Of a stretch of DNA of 32,000 nucleotides, positions 16,579-25,914 are shown one piece after another. A program made the position numbers and the translations under genes. The notes under the pieces are model-generated. The model made no database searches, was not told where the DNA came from, and saw only the letters and a program-made list of their open reading frames with translations. How positions within the stretch are numbered: position 1 is the stretch's first letter; every line of letters begins with the position of its first letter. This stretch comes from Ignicoccus hospitalis KIN4/I. GTDB taxonomy: Archaea; Thermoproteota; Thermoprotei_A; Sulfolobales; Ignicoccaceae. Where the stretch lies: positions 960,001-992,000 of the forward strand of contig NC_009776.1 in NCBI RefSeq assembly GCF_000017945.1, written 5' to 3'.

Positions 16579-17386
16579 GGAGGGGGGCCAGCGACAAGAA
16601 CGCCGGGAGCCACGCCAAGGTCAAGGTTATTACGGACTTAGTAACGAGCTTGGTGTCGTAACCGTACGCGTAAGCTAGGGCTATGTTCATGAACGCCGGG
16701 GGCATGCTCGCCTCCAGCATTATCGACTTAGGTTCGGTGAGCAAGGCGACTGGAAGGGTCAAGGCGGGCAACAGCAAGTGCTTGAACGCTCCTACCTTGA
16801 GCACCTCCCAATCGACCCTTAGGTATTGGAACTCAAAGCTCAAGCCTAGTATCAACAAGCCCAGCTTGGAGAGCTCCGCGGCGAGGGCCTCCGTCCACCT
16901 CAGCCCCTCCAGTTGCTGGGAGAAGGGGCCGAGGAGGACCCCCAACAAGAACGTCACCGTAAACGGTTGGAGCTTGAAGAGCTTTCCCCTCCCCTTGCAG
17001 CTGTAGAGCGCCGCGAGGGTGTAGTGGACGAAGGTGGTCAACATAGCGTACGCCGCGGCGGCGCTGACCGAGCCCCCGGCGGCTAGGACGGCCGGAATTC
17101 CCAAGAATATTGTGTTCCCGAAGGCGGAAACTATACCAGCCGCCCCCTTCTTCTCGCACCCCTCAAAGGCCTTACGGGCCAAGTAGAACGTAATTACTTC
17201 CGCCACCAAGGCTAAGGGCAACAGCGGCTCGCTCTCGAGGTGAGTCCCGGCCCAGAAGCCCAGCACCGGGGCGACCGCGTAGACCAAGAACTTCGACAGC
17301 GGGGGCGCGAGCGCCTTAGCTCTGGTCCTCCCGAGAGGGAAGCCTAAGAGGAGGAGGGCTAAGGAGACGGCGTCCAAGGCGCTCAC
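16565..17386 (-). CDS. auxin efflux carrier (AEC)-like membrane transport protein
   Basis: A hydrophobic polytopic protein. The start is set at GTG 17386, which overlaps the upstream gene's TGA (GTGA at 17383-17386). The longer track ORF N-terminus overlaps that upstream gene. Confidence 0.6.
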   Translation of the reverse strand: MSALDAVSLALLLLGFPLGRTRAKALAPPLSKFLVYAVAPVLGFWAGTHLESEPLLPLALVAEVITFYLARKAFEGCEKKGAAGIVSAFGNTIFLGIPAVLAAGGSVSAAAAYAMLTTFVHYTLAALYSCKGRGKLFKLQPFTVTFLLGVLLGPFSQQLEGLRWTEALAAELSKLGLLILGLSFEFQYLRVDWEVLKVGAFKHLLLPALTLPVALLTEPKSIMLEASMPPAFMNIALAYAYGYDTKLVTKSVITLTLAWLPAFLSLAPLLRAR

Positions 17387-18090
17387 CTTTTCACTTTGGA
17401 GACCAGCACCCCCACGGCCCTCTTCCACAGCTCGCAGTTCGCCTTGTTCGCGCAGTTGTTGCAAGGCCTCGCGTCCGGGTTGAACACTATCTCCTCTAGG
17501 TAACCCTTACACTTGAAGTCGTTGACCACCCTCCGTAAGAAACCCTCGTCCGCTTCGACCTTCTCTACCGTTACCTTGTTCGGAGTTATTATAACCACGT
17601 AAACGGGGACTCCCAAGGCGGCGGAGTAAGTCATGGTTTGGTAGTAGCTCCTCAGCCCCAGCTCCCCAGTGCTGCGGTACTTCAGCTCCACCGCGAACTC
17701 CTCTTGCGGGCACTTGACGTAGAGGTCCACGTGTCCCTTAACCACCACCTTCCCGGGCTCGCAGTCCACCTCGACCTCCTTCTTCACTTCCTTCTCGCTA
17801 ACCACCTCGCACCCATCTATGACCTTCTTGTCCACCGAGAGCTCGATGGAAGTGTGGACCAACTGCCCCAAGAGCCACGATATGCTGTTGTTCGAGCCCC
17901 TCAGGAGGGAGCTTATCAGCAACTCCGGGTTTTCCTCGTAGGAGTCTTGCTCCACGAAGTTCGCGCAGCCGCGGCTGAGCTTGGAAACGTGAACCACGGA
18001 GGGGTCCTCGTCGGAGCTCTGGAGCTTGTCCTCCCTCGCCCTTTCTACTATCGGCGTGAAGAGGAGTCGGAGTAGGCGCCCTTCATCCAC
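17383..18090 (-). CDS. Cas4-like PD-(D/E)xK nuclease (DUF83/RecB-nuclease family) with an Fe-S cysteine set
   Basis: N-terminal Cys (SRGCANF), GHVDLYV (D), VELKYRS (ExK), YYQTMTY (QxxxY) and C-terminal CNNCANKANC (Cx2Cx5C). The start is set at in-frame GTG 18090. The 326-aa track ORF extension is low-complexity and overlaps the ilvB start. Confidence 0.7.
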   Translation of the reverse strand: MDEGRLLRLLFTPIVERAREDKLQSSDEDPSVVHVSKLSRGCANFVEQDSYEENPELLISSLLRGSNNSISWLLGQLVHTSIELSVDKKVIDGCEVVSEKEVKKEVEVDCEPGKVVVKGHVDLYVKCPQEEFAVELKYRSTGELGLRSYYQTMTYSAALGVPVYVVIITPNKVTVEKVEADEGFLRRVVNDFKCKGYLEEIVFNPDARPCNNCANKANCELWKRAVGVLVSKVKR

Positions 18091-18283
18091 ATCAAACCCC
18101 GCCTCGCCGCTTACATGCTGGCCTATAATCGGTTCCGCTCGCGCTATAACATAAATACCCCTAAGCGAGCGGCCCCGAGGGCTGATGCCTTGGAATTGAG
18201 TTAACTTTCCCCGGACCCGTCTCGGGAAGGAGAGGAGCCGAGGGCAGCTCCTCAACAACAAAGGAGAGGAGGGGTGGTGCGAG

Positions 18284-20017
18284 GTGTACGTAGCTGACGC
18301 GCTGCTGGAGTCGTTAGAGAGGGAGGGCCTCAAGGTGGCCTTCGGAATACCGGGCAGCGCCAACCTGGGCCTTTACGAGAAGATACCGGACCACGACGTA
18401 GAAGTGATACTGATGAGGCACGAGCAAGGGGCCGCCCACGCCGCCGACGCTTACGGAAGGGTCAAGAGGAAGGTCCCCGGCGTGGCCTTCGCCACCTCCG
18501 GGCCCGGTGCGACCAACCTCGTGACCGGCCTGGCCACCGCATACATGGACAGCGCCCCCATGATAGCCGTAACCGGGCAAGTCCCCACCGTGGTCATGGG
18601 GAGGGACGCGTTCCAAGAGACGGACGTAGTGGGCGTAACGATGCCGATAACCAAGCACAGCTTCCTAGTTAGGAAGCCGGAGCAGATAACTTGGGCCATA
18701 AGGGCCGCTAAGATGATATCCGTCACCAACAGGCCGGGCCCGGTGCTGGTGGACGTTCCCAGGGACTTCTGGAGGGTGGACATTGACTTCTACTGGCCCA
18801 GCGACGAGGAGCTCCTAAGCGAGTGGATCCCGGGCTACCGGCCCAACCCGCCCAAGCCCAACCCGGACGCGATAATGAAGGCTGCAAAGCTGCTGGTGCA
18901 AGCTGAGAACCCCGTAATACTGGCCGGCGGGGGCGTTTGGTGGTCCTTCGCCACGGACGAGCTCCTCAAGCTCGCCGAGGTACTCATGGCGCCCGTGGTG
19001 ACGACCCTCATGGGCAAGAACGCCGTCCCGGCGGATCACCCGCTGGTCTTGGGCAACGCCGGCATGCACGGCAGGCCAGAGGCCAACTACGCATTATACA
19101 ACGCCGACGTGGTCCTAGCCGTCGGGACGAGGTTCTCCGACAGAACGGTAGGCAACTTCGAAGAGTTCAGGAGGGGGAAGAAGATAATACACATAGACAT
19201 AGACAAGAGCGAGATAGGCAAGAACATCGAACCGGACGTGGGCATAGTGGCGGACGCCAGAGAGGCCTTGAGGGTCTTGAGGAACTACATCGTCGAGGCC
19301 CTAAACTTCAAGAGGAACGAGGAGGTACCGCTCATCAGGAAGGCGAAGGAGTTCGGAGAGAGGGCTTGGGAGGTCCTCCTAAAGGAGAGGGGTAGGGGCT
19401 TGAAGCCGTGGAAGGTCTTGAAGATAGCTAGGGAAGAGCTGCCGAGGGACGCGATAATAACCACCGGGGTAGGCGGGCACCAGATGTGGGCGGCCTTACA
19501 TTACCCGGTCTACGTGCCGGGGACCTACTTGACCAGCGGGGGCCTGGGGACCATGGGCTACGGCTTCCCGGCGGCCATAGGGGCTAAGGCGGCCGCCCCG
19601 GACAAGCCGGTGTTGGACATAGACGGCGACGGCAGCTTCCTCATGACCTCCCAGAACTTGGCCACCGTAAAGCAGTACAACCTCAACGTGGGGGTGCTGG
19701 TGTTCGACAACGGCTCCCTCCAGCTGATAAGGCAGTGGCAAGACCTCTTCTTCAGCCACAGGAGGGTGGGCGAGAACCTAGCGTACTTGCCGGACTTCGT
19801 GAAGCTTGCGGAGAGCTTCGGGATAGAGGGGGTGAGGCCGGAGACCTACGAAGAGATGAGGAAGGCTCTGAGGAGGGTGGCCCAGGGGGAGGCGCTGGTG
19901 ATAGACTACATCGTCGACCCGGACATAATGGTGCTGCCAATGGTAGCGCCCGGCAAGGTGATATCGCCCGAGAACCTAATCTTAACCCCCGAACAAGCGG
20001 CCGGGATAAAGGTGTGA
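18284..20017 (+). CDS. ilvB: acetolactate synthase large (catalytic) subunit
   Basis: 577 aa. TPP enzyme: FGIPGSANL, HEQGAAHAADAYGR, GPGATNLVTG and the GLGTMGYGFPAAIGA...DGDGSFLM...N TPP motif. Confidence 0.93.
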   Translation: MYVADALLESLEREGLKVAFGIPGSANLGLYEKIPDHDVEVILMRHEQGAAHAADAYGRVKRKVPGVAFATSGPGATNLVTGLATAYMDSAPMIAVTGQVPTVVMGRDAFQETDVVGVTMPITKHSFLVRKPEQITWAIRAAKMISVTNRPGPVLVDVPRDFWRVDIDFYWPSDEELLSEWIPGYRPNPPKPNPDAIMKAAKLLVQAENPVILAGGGVWWSFATDELLKLAEVLMAPVVTTLMGKNAVPADHPLVLGNAGMHGRPEANYALYNADVVLAVGTRFSDRTVGNFEEFRRGKKIIHIDIDKSEIGKNIEPDVGIVADAREALRVLRNYIVEALNFKRNEEVPLIRKAKEFGERAWEVLLKERGRGLKPWKVLKIAREELPRDAIITTGVGGHQMWAALHYPVYVPGTYLTSGGLGTMGYGFPAAIGAKAAAPDKPVLDIDGDGSFLMTSQNLATVKQYNLNVGVLVFDNGSLQLIRQWQDLFFSHRRVGENLAYLPDFVKLAESFGIEGVRPETYEEMRKALRRVAQGEALVIDYIVDPDIMVLPMVAPGKVISPENLILTPEQAAGIKV

Positions 20018-20030
20018 GGAGGTGGTAGCG

Positions 20031-20321
20031 ATGAGCGAGGTGGAGACCTACGTCATAAGGTTCTCCATATACGCAGCGGTGGACGGCGGGCTGGACGGCC
20101 TGGCGAGGGCGATACACGTGGTTAGGAAGGCGCCGATAACCTTCCACGACATGGCCGTAATAGACTCTGGGAAGACCAAAGAGGTGAGTTTGAGGATAAG
20201 CGGAAAGAAGAAGGACGTAGAGTGGTTGGCGAAGAAGCTGGAGAAAGTGGTAGAAGTGTTGGAGGTCAAGGTCCAAAAGATACCGGCAGAGATAGCGGTG
20301 ACCAGCGTCCAACGCTCATAA
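20031..20321 (+). CDS. ilvN: acetolactate synthase small (regulatory) subunit, short ACT-only form
   Basis: It lies immediately downstream of ilvB, with GAGGAGGTGG preceding ATG 20031 (alternative GTG 20022). An ACT-like beta-alpha-beta-beta-alpha-beta pattern is present (YVIRFSIY...LARAIHVV...VSLRISG...LAKKLEKVVEVLEV). Confidence 0.6.
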   Translation: MSEVETYVIRFSIYAAVDGGLDGLARAIHVVRKAPITFHDMAVIDSGKTKEVSLRISGKKKDVEWLAKKLEKVVEVLEVKVQKIPAEIAVTSVQRS

Positions 20322-20330
20322 CCTCTCCTC

Positions 20331-20354
20331 CGGGCCCCTTCCAGGAGGGGCCCG
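20331..20354 (+). promoter_or_regulatory. 9-bp GC hairpin abutting the HIT gene start and enclosing its SD sequence
   Basis: CGGGCCCCT (20331-20339) pairs with AGGGGCCCG (20346-20354) across the loop TCCAGG. GGAGGGG (20344-20350) lies in the loop and 3' arm. The TTG start is at 20355. Confidence 0.5.
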
Positions 20355-20768
20355 TTGGAGGAGTGCGTGTTTTGTAAGATAGTCAGGGGAGAGCTCCCCT
20401 CGTGGAAGGTCTACGAGGACGAGGACGTGGTCGCCTTCTTAGACATAAACCCCGCCACGCCGGGCCACACCTTGGTCGTGCCCAAACAGCACTATAGGAA
20501 CATCTTGGACACTCCGGACGAGGTAGTAGCGAAGGTGTTCAAAGTAGCGAAGAAGATCTCAGAGGCGGTCGTAAAGGGTTTGGGGGCTAAGGGGGTGAAC
20601 GTCATAACCAACGCCGAAGGGGTCGCGGGGCAAGTGGTATTCCACTTCCACGTCCACGTGGTCCCGAGGTACTCCCCGGACGAGCTGAAGTTCCAGTACA
20701 CGCCGAAGAAGTACTCCGAAGAGGAGGCGCAAGAGGTCGCTAGGAAGATAAGAGAAGCTCTCGGATGA
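20355..20768 (+). CDS. HIT (histidine triad) family nucleotide hydrolase/transferase
   Basis: 137 aa: CVFCKIV, DINPATPGHTLVVPKQH and the histidine triad HFHVHVVP. Confidence 0.92.
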   Translation: MEECVFCKIVRGELPSWKVYEDEDVVAFLDINPATPGHTLVVPKQHYRNILDTPDEVVAKVFKVAKKISEAVVKGLGAKGVNVITNAEGVAGQVVFHFHVHVVPRYSPDELKFQYTPKKYSEEEAQEVARKIREALG

Positions 20769-20777
20769 TTTTATTTT
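20769..20777 (+). promoter_or_regulatory. TATA-like box TTTTATTTT for trpB2
   Basis: It lies about 31-39 nt upstream of GTG 20808. GAGGAG lies just before the start. Confidence 0.4.
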
Positions 20778-20807
20778 CCCCAGACCCCAAGCCTTGGGTA
20801 ACGAGGA

Positions 20808-22088
20808 GTGGAGCTTCCGAACAAATGGTATAACATACTCCCCGACCTCCCCAAGCCCTTGGCCCCTCCGAGAGACCCCGAGGGGGCGGAGGAGGAGTTC
20901 TCGAGGATAGAGCTGTTGCTAAAGGTGTTGCCACAAAAGCTCATCTGGCAAGAGAACACCGTGGAGCGCTGGGTCCCCATACCGGACGAGGTGTTGGAGG
21001 TTTACAAGGAAATAGGGAGGCCCACCCCCCTCATGAGGGCGAGGAGGCTGGAGAAGCTCCTAGACACCCCGGCCCGCATTTACTTCAAGTACGAGGGCGC
21101 CACCCCCACCGGCAGCCACAAGATAAACACTGCCGTCCCACAAGCCTACTACGCTAAGGAGGAGGGAGTGGAGGGCCTCACCACCGAGACCGGGGCCGGC
21201 CAGTGGGGCACGGCCTTGGCCTTGGCCGGCGCGATGTACGACATGCCGGTCAAGGTGTTTATGGTGAGGAGCAGCTACCACCAGAAGCCCTACCGCAGAG
21301 TAATAATGAGGCTCTACGGCGCCGACGTCACCCCCTCGCCCAGCGAGGAGACCGAGTTCGGGAAGAAGGTGTTGAGGGAGAACCCCGACCACCCCGGAAG
21401 CTTGGGGATCGCCATGAGCGAGGCCATAGAATACGCTTTGAAGAGGAACTGGAGGTACGGCGTCGGGTCAGTAATGAACTTCGTGCTCCTACACCAATCG
21501 ATCATAGGCCTCGAGGCCATGAAGCAGATGGAGGAGATCGGCGAGGACCCGGACGTGTTAGTGGCTTGCATAGGCGGGGGCTCTAACTTCGGGGGCTTGG
21601 TGTTCCCCTTCTTGGGGCAAGAGCTCCAGAAGACCAAGGACCCCAAGAAGAAGAGGAGGAGGTACGTGGGAGTTACCCCCTCTGAGGTGCCCAAGTTCAG
21701 CAAGGGCAAGTACGAGTACGACTTCGCCGACGCGGCCGGCCTCCTCCCGCAGCTCAAGATGCACACCTTAGGCCACGAGTTCACCCCGCCCCCCATATAC
21801 GCGGGGGGACTGAGGTACCACGGGGTGGCCCCGGCCATATCCTTGCTCTACGAGGAAGGGTGGATCGAAATTATGGAGTACGAACAGAAGGAGTGCTTCG
21901 AGGCCGGCAGGCTCTTCGCCAAGGCCGAGGGAATTGTGCCGGCGCCGGAGACAAACCACGCGATCAAGGCGGTTATAGACCTTGCTTTGGAAGCTAAGAG
22001 GAAGAACGAAGAGATGGTAATACTCTTCAACTTCAGTGGCCACGGGTTGTTAGACCTGGGCAACTACCAGAGCGTCTTGGGCTTGTGA
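20808..22088 (+). CDS. trpB2: tryptophan synthase beta-like protein, TrpB2 class (stand-alone)
   Basis: 426 aa. The N-terminal extension [15 protein letters not shown] is typical of TrpB2. Also [12 protein letters not shown] (PLP Lys), ETGAGQWG and [10 protein letters not shown]. No trpA or other trp genes are nearby. Confidence 0.88.
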   Translation: MELPNKWYNILPDLPKPLAPPRDPEGAEEEFSRIELLLKVLPQKLIWQENTVERWVPIPDEVLEVYKEIGRPTPLMRARRLEKLLDTPARIYFKYEGATPTGSHKINTAVPQAYYAKEEGVEGLTTETGAGQWGTALALAGAMYDMPVKVFMVRSSYHQKPYRRVIMRLYGADVTPSPSEETEFGKKVLRENPDHPGSLGIAMSEAIEYALKRNWRYGVGSVMNFVLLHQSIIGLEAMKQMEEIGEDPDVLVACIGGGSNFGGLVFPFLGQELQKTKDPKKKRRRYVGVTPSEVPKFSKGKYEYDFADAAGLLPQLKMHTLGHEFTPPPIYAGGLRYHGVAPAISLLYEEGWIEIMEYEQKECFEAGRLFAKAEGIVPAPETNHAIKAVIDLALEAKRKNEEMVILFNFSGHGLLDLGNYQSVLGL

Positions 22089-23797
22089 GGGGATGGCCCC
22101 GAATGCCGGTGCCTTGTCCCTTCTGCGGAGTGGGGTGCAAGCTCAAGGAGGACGGCAAGCCGTTGGGCCCGGTGTGCGGCAAGGGGCTCGAGGCCTTCGA
22201 GTACTACAAGAACGTCTTGGAGAGGCCCCTCCTCCGGGAGGGCGACCTCTTCGTAGAGGTCAGCTTGGAGGAGGCGGCGGAGAGGGCGGCCGAGTGGATT
22301 AGGCAGTCCAAAGCCCCCTTCTTCGCGGGCTCCGCGGAAGACACAAACGAGAGCGCTTGGGCCCTCCAGAAGCTCGCGCGCTTCTTGGGGACCAACGCGG
22401 TGGACCACTGCGGGAGGGTGTGCCACTCCTCGAGCGTGGAGGCTTACAAGCTGATCTTCGGCAAACCCGTAACTCCCTTCAAGATGAGCGATAAGCTCGA
22501 GGAAGTCTTGGTGGTGGGCAGCGACGTCAGCGTGACTTACCCGGTCTTCTGGGGCAAGATAAAGAGGGAGGCCAAGAGGGTTGTGGTAGTGGACGCTTGG
22601 AAGAGCTTCACCATGCTTCAAGCGGACGAGGGGCTCTTAGTTCCCCCGGGCCCGGGCTTCTTGGCCTTCTCAGAGGTTATTTATTCCATAACCTATGGGA
22701 AGGACGTGCCTCGGTGGACGGAGGACTGGGTGGACGTCCGCGAGGTGAAGGAGATCTGGAACTCCTTCGAGAGGCCCTCCTTGGTCCACGGCATGGGCGT
22801 GACCCAGTCCGGCTACGGCTACCAAGCGACGGCGCGCTTGATCTTGGCCACCTTGAAGAGGGGAGGGACCGTCGCCACCCTCAGGGGGAAGGTGAACGTC
22901 CAAGGGGCGGGGGACATGGGCCTCAACCCCTACCCCCCAGCCCCCAGAGAGGCCTTGGAGGAGGCTTGGGGCTTCCCGGTCCCCGCCGAAAGGGGGCCCG
23001 ACCTCGTGGAGGCGTTCAAGGAGCCGAGGGACTTCTACTTGGTCCACTGCCAGAACGTGGTGGCCTCCCTCCCCAACTCTTTCGCCGTGGGGGAAGCGTT
23101 GGAGAACGCGAAGGTGATCCACGTAACTCCGAAGTTTACAGAGACCAGCGTGTTCGCGGACATGATAGTGCCCTCCAGCCCGGTGATCTTCACCACCGGG
23201 ACGGTCACCTCCGGGGACGGCTTGGTGACCGCGGTGAGGACCAGTACCAACAGAGCTTACGAGTTCTTCAGGTTGGTGGCAGAGTACTTGGGCTTGTACC
23301 TTCCTAAGGACGTAAAGGAAGTTACTGAAGAAGCCTTCAGCTTGGTAGACCACTACAAGAAGATAGACGTGAAGCGGCTCTACGCCGGGGAGGACCAGTA
23401 CGTGGAGAAGCCCGAGGGGTGGAGGGAGGTCGACCCGCCGGAGGCCAAGCTCTTGGACTACCACTTGAAGGAGGGCTACTGGTTCTACACCGCCAGGGAC
23501 CCGGCGCTCTGGACGACCAAAGGGGGGACTAAGATGATGAAGAGGCACGCAATGAAGGAGGCGTTCTACTTCGGGGAGGACCCCGGGTGCGAGGCGGTGG
23601 AGGTCTGCTCCGAGGAGACCGGCCGCTGCGTCGAGGGGGAGGTCCGGGTCAGCGAGAGGGTTCCCAAAGGCATGGTCCTCGCGTTCTTCAACCACCTAGG
23701 CCTGAAGGTAAACGCCGTAATACCGTGGGAGCCCAGGGAGCCGACCGGGACGCCGGTCTACAAGGCCGCCAAGGTAAAGGTGAGGTGCCTCAGATAG
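22085..23797 (+). CDS. molybdopterin (Mo/W-bisPGD) oxidoreductase, formate dehydrogenase alpha-like, Cys-type
   Basis: N-terminal CPFCGVGCK...C Fe-S motif. [13 protein letters not shown] aligns with the FdhH VDCCARVUHGPSV active-site segment, with Cys in the SeCys position. A C-terminal [12 protein letters not shown] matches the MopB barrel. Start is GTG 22085 (GTGA overlap with the trpB2 stop) or ATG 22103. Confidence 0.75.
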   Translation: MRGWPRMPVPCPFCGVGCKLKEDGKPLGPVCGKGLEAFEYYKNVLERPLLREGDLFVEVSLEEAAERAAEWIRQSKAPFFAGSAEDTNESAWALQKLARFLGTNAVDHCGRVCHSSSVEAYKLIFGKPVTPFKMSDKLEEVLVVGSDVSVTYPVFWGKIKREAKRVVVVDAWKSFTMLQADEGLLVPPGPGFLAFSEVIYSITYGKDVPRWTEDWVDVREVKEIWNSFERPSLVHGMGVTQSGYGYQATARLILATLKRGGTVATLRGKVNVQGAGDMGLNPYPPAPREALEEAWGFPVPAERGPDLVEAFKEPRDFYLVHCQNVVASLPNSFAVGEALENAKVIHVTPKFTETSVFADMIVPSSPVIFTTGTVTSGDGLVTAVRTSTNRAYEFFRLVAEYLGLYLPKDVKEVTEEAFSLVDHYKKIDVKRLYAGEDQYVEKPEGWREVDPPEAKLLDYHLKEGYWFYTARDPALWTTKGGTKMMKRHAMKEAFYFGEDPGCEAVEVCSEETGRCVEGEVRVSERVPKGMVLAFFNHLGLKVNAVIPWEPREPTGTPVYKAAKVKVRCLR

Positions 23798-24962
23798 AGC
23801 TCAAGGCTTGGTCCAAGTCGGCCTCCAAGTCCTCCACGTTTTCCAAGCCAACGCTCAACCTCAGCAAGTTGTCCTTTATCCCGAGCTCCTTCCTCACCTC
23901 GGGGGGGACGGTGTGGTGGGTCATGGTGGCGGGGTGAGTTATTATGCTCTCCACCCCTCCGAGGGAGGCGGTCCTCTGAACTACCTTGACCTTCTTCATG
24001 ACCTTTATCGCGTCGAACCCGTTGCCCCTAACCTCGAAGCTCACCACCCCTCCGCAGCCCTTGAGGAGCCTCTTCGCCACCGGGTAGCTGGGGTGCTCCT
24101 CCAAGCAAGGGTAGTAAACCCTCTCAACCTTCGGGTGGTCCCTCAAGAACTTCGCTATCCTCAGGGCGGCCTCGTTCTGGTAGGCGACCCTCACGTGCAA
24201 GGTCTTGAGGCCCCTTATTATGAAGTAAGCTTGCTGGGGGTCGGGGATGCCCCCTAGCATCCTCCTCACGTTCTTCAAGTTGAGTGCGAACTTCTTATCG
24301 TTGGTGGCGAATATACCTCCCAAGACGTCGTTGTGGCCGGCCAAGTACTTGCTGGCGCTGTGCACGACCCCGTAGGCCCCAACCTTCAAGGGCAAGAAGT
24401 TTATCGGGGTGGCGAAGGTGTTGTCAACTATAAGCTTGGCCCCGACCTCCTCGCAAGCCTTAGCTATCTCGTCCACGGGCGGGACTATGAGCAAAGGATT
24501 ACTTATGGTCTCTACGAAGACCACGTCGGTATTCTTGTCTATCCTCTCGAGCACCCCCTCCCCCACCCCTCTCTCGTCCACTTCAATGCCGTACGACCTA
24601 AGGAACGTGGTGAAGAACTCGTAGCTCGTCCCGTAAATGTCCTTAGTGGTGACCAACTTGGACCCCGGCTTGAGGAGGGCCATGGCGGCGGAGCTTATGG
24701 CAGCCATGCCGCTGGAGAAGGCAACGGCCTCCGCGGCCCTTTCTACGGCTGCTGCCTTCCTTTCCAAGGCCTCTATAGTCGGGCTGGAGTTCCTGGCGTA
24801 CTTGTAGCCGTAGGGGTTCCCCTCCGGGTACTTGTATATCGCCGAGACGAAGATAGGAGTGACTATGGAACCCGTCTCGGAGTCCCTATACTCTCCCCCG
24901 TGAACTAGTCTGGTCTCCTCTTCCCAGTCCTCCGGCGGTTCTACGAACACCATCGCCATCAC
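23790..24962 (-). CDS. Cys/Met-metabolism PLP-dependent enzyme (cystathionine gamma-synthase/lyase or O-acylhomoserine sulfhydrylase family)
   Basis: 390 aa: YARNSSPT, the SASKYLAGHNDVLGG PLP-lysine motif and SLGGVESIITHPATMTH. Confidence 0.88.
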   Translation of the reverse strand: MMAMVFVEPPEDWEEETRLVHGGEYRDSETGSIVTPIFVSAIYKYPEGNPYGYKYARNSSPTIEALERKAAAVERAAEAVAFSSGMAAISSAAMALLKPGSKLVTTKDIYGTSYEFFTTFLRSYGIEVDERGVGEGVLERIDKNTDVVFVETISNPLLIVPPVDEIAKACEEVGAKLIVDNTFATPINFLPLKVGAYGVVHSASKYLAGHNDVLGGIFATNDKKFALNLKNVRRMLGGIPDPQQAYFIIRGLKTLHVRVAYQNEAALRIAKFLRDHPKVERVYYPCLEEHPSYPVAKRLLKGCGGVVSFEVRGNGFDAIKVMKKVKVVQRTASLGGVESIITHPATMTHHTVPPEVRKELGIKDNLLRLSVGLENVEDLEADLDQALSSI

Positions 24963-25042
24963 CCCCGCGCATGGCTATCTTCAAGGGCCTCCGGCCGGAC
25001 GCACAAAAAGGCTTTGGGCCCCAGCGAGCCCGGAGCTGAGCC

Positions 25043-25861
25043 TTGCCGGCCTTCCCCCCTGAGCCCGGAGAGAGGGTCGAGGTAGCCATAATAGGGGGCT
25101 CCGGCCTTTACGACCCCGAAATACTGGAGGGCGTCAAGGAGCTCAAGGTCTACACCCCCTACGGCCCGCCGAGCGACAACATAATAGTAGGCACCCTCAA
25201 GGGTAAGAGGGTAGCCTTCCTGCCCCGCCACGGCAGGGGGCACAAGATACCTCCCCACAAGGTCAACTACCGGGCCAACATATGGGCCCTCAAGAGCTTG
25301 GGGGCCAAGTGGGTTATATCGGTCTCCGCCGTGGGCAGCTTGAGGGAGGACTACAAGCCCGGCGACTTCGTAATCCCAGACCAGTTCATAGACATGACCA
25401 AAAAGAGGGAGTACACCTTCTTCGACGGGCCCGTGGTCGCCCACGTGAGCGTGGCCGAGCCCTTCTGCGAGGACTTGAGGAGGCTCGCGTACGAGACGGC
25501 GAAGGAGCTGGGGATAAGGGTCCACGACAAGGGGACGTACGTTTGCATAGAGGGACCCAGGTTCTCCACGAAGGCGGAGAGCAGGATTTGGAAGGAGGTA
25601 TTCAAGGCCGACGTAATAGGGATGACCTTGGTGCCCGAGGTCAACCTCGCTTGCGAGGCGCAGATGTGTTACGCCACCGTAGCGATGGTGACCGATTACG
25701 ACGTGTGGGCGGAGAGGCCGGTGACCGCGCAGGAGGTCATAGAAACCATGCAGAGGAACACTGAGAACGCTAAGAAGCTGTTGTACTCATTGATCCCCAA
25801 GTTGCCGGAGGAGCCGGAGAGGTGCAGCTGCTGCAACTCGCTGGAGACGGCCCTTCTCTAA
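25043..25861 (+). CDS. mtnP: S-methyl-5'-thioadenosine phosphorylase
   Basis: 272 aa: [37 protein letters not shown] and GMTLVPE, with a C-terminal Cys cluster CSCCNS. TTG start. Confidence 0.9.
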   Translation: MPAFPPEPGERVEVAIIGGSGLYDPEILEGVKELKVYTPYGPPSDNIIVGTLKGKRVAFLPRHGRGHKIPPHKVNYRANIWALKSLGAKWVISVSAVGSLREDYKPGDFVIPDQFIDMTKKREYTFFDGPVVAHVSVAEPFCEDLRRLAYETAKELGIRVHDKGTYVCIEGPRFSTKAESRIWKEVFKADVIGMTLVPEVNLACEAQMCYATVAMVTDYDVWAERPVTAQEVIETMQRNTENAKKLLYSLIPKLPEEPERCSCCNSLETALL

Positions 25862-25914
25862 TAAACCCCGTTTCCTAGCCCCGCCAACGGGTCGCGGAGT
25901 TGGGAAGGAGGAGG

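Noticed and set aside
16575-16600. CUGAGGA overlapping the CBS gene stop codon, resembling the C boxes of the sRNA family.
   Set aside because: The following NNGA boxes sit at 9 or 14 nt with no C' box or D box after them. The region is coding on the opposite strand (AEC gene).
15651-16613. 320-aa ORF on the minus strand.
   Set aside because: The N-terminal part, about 170 aa, is Ser/Thr/Ile-rich low complexity and exactly antisense to the well-supported CBS-domain gene (16147-16578). Only the part downstream of TTG 16094 is kept.
18182-18241. CUGAUGC C-box-like heptamer upstream of ilvB, with CCGA further downstream.
   Set aside because: There is no D' at the right spacing, no C' box and no terminal stem. 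The spacing does not fit the family.
18091-18363. N-terminal extension of the 326-aa ORF containing the Cas4-like domain.
   Set aside because: The extension is Ser/Pro/Arg/Leu-rich, has no motifs, runs through the intergenic promoter region and overlaps the ilvB start. Family motifs begin after in-frame GTG 18090.
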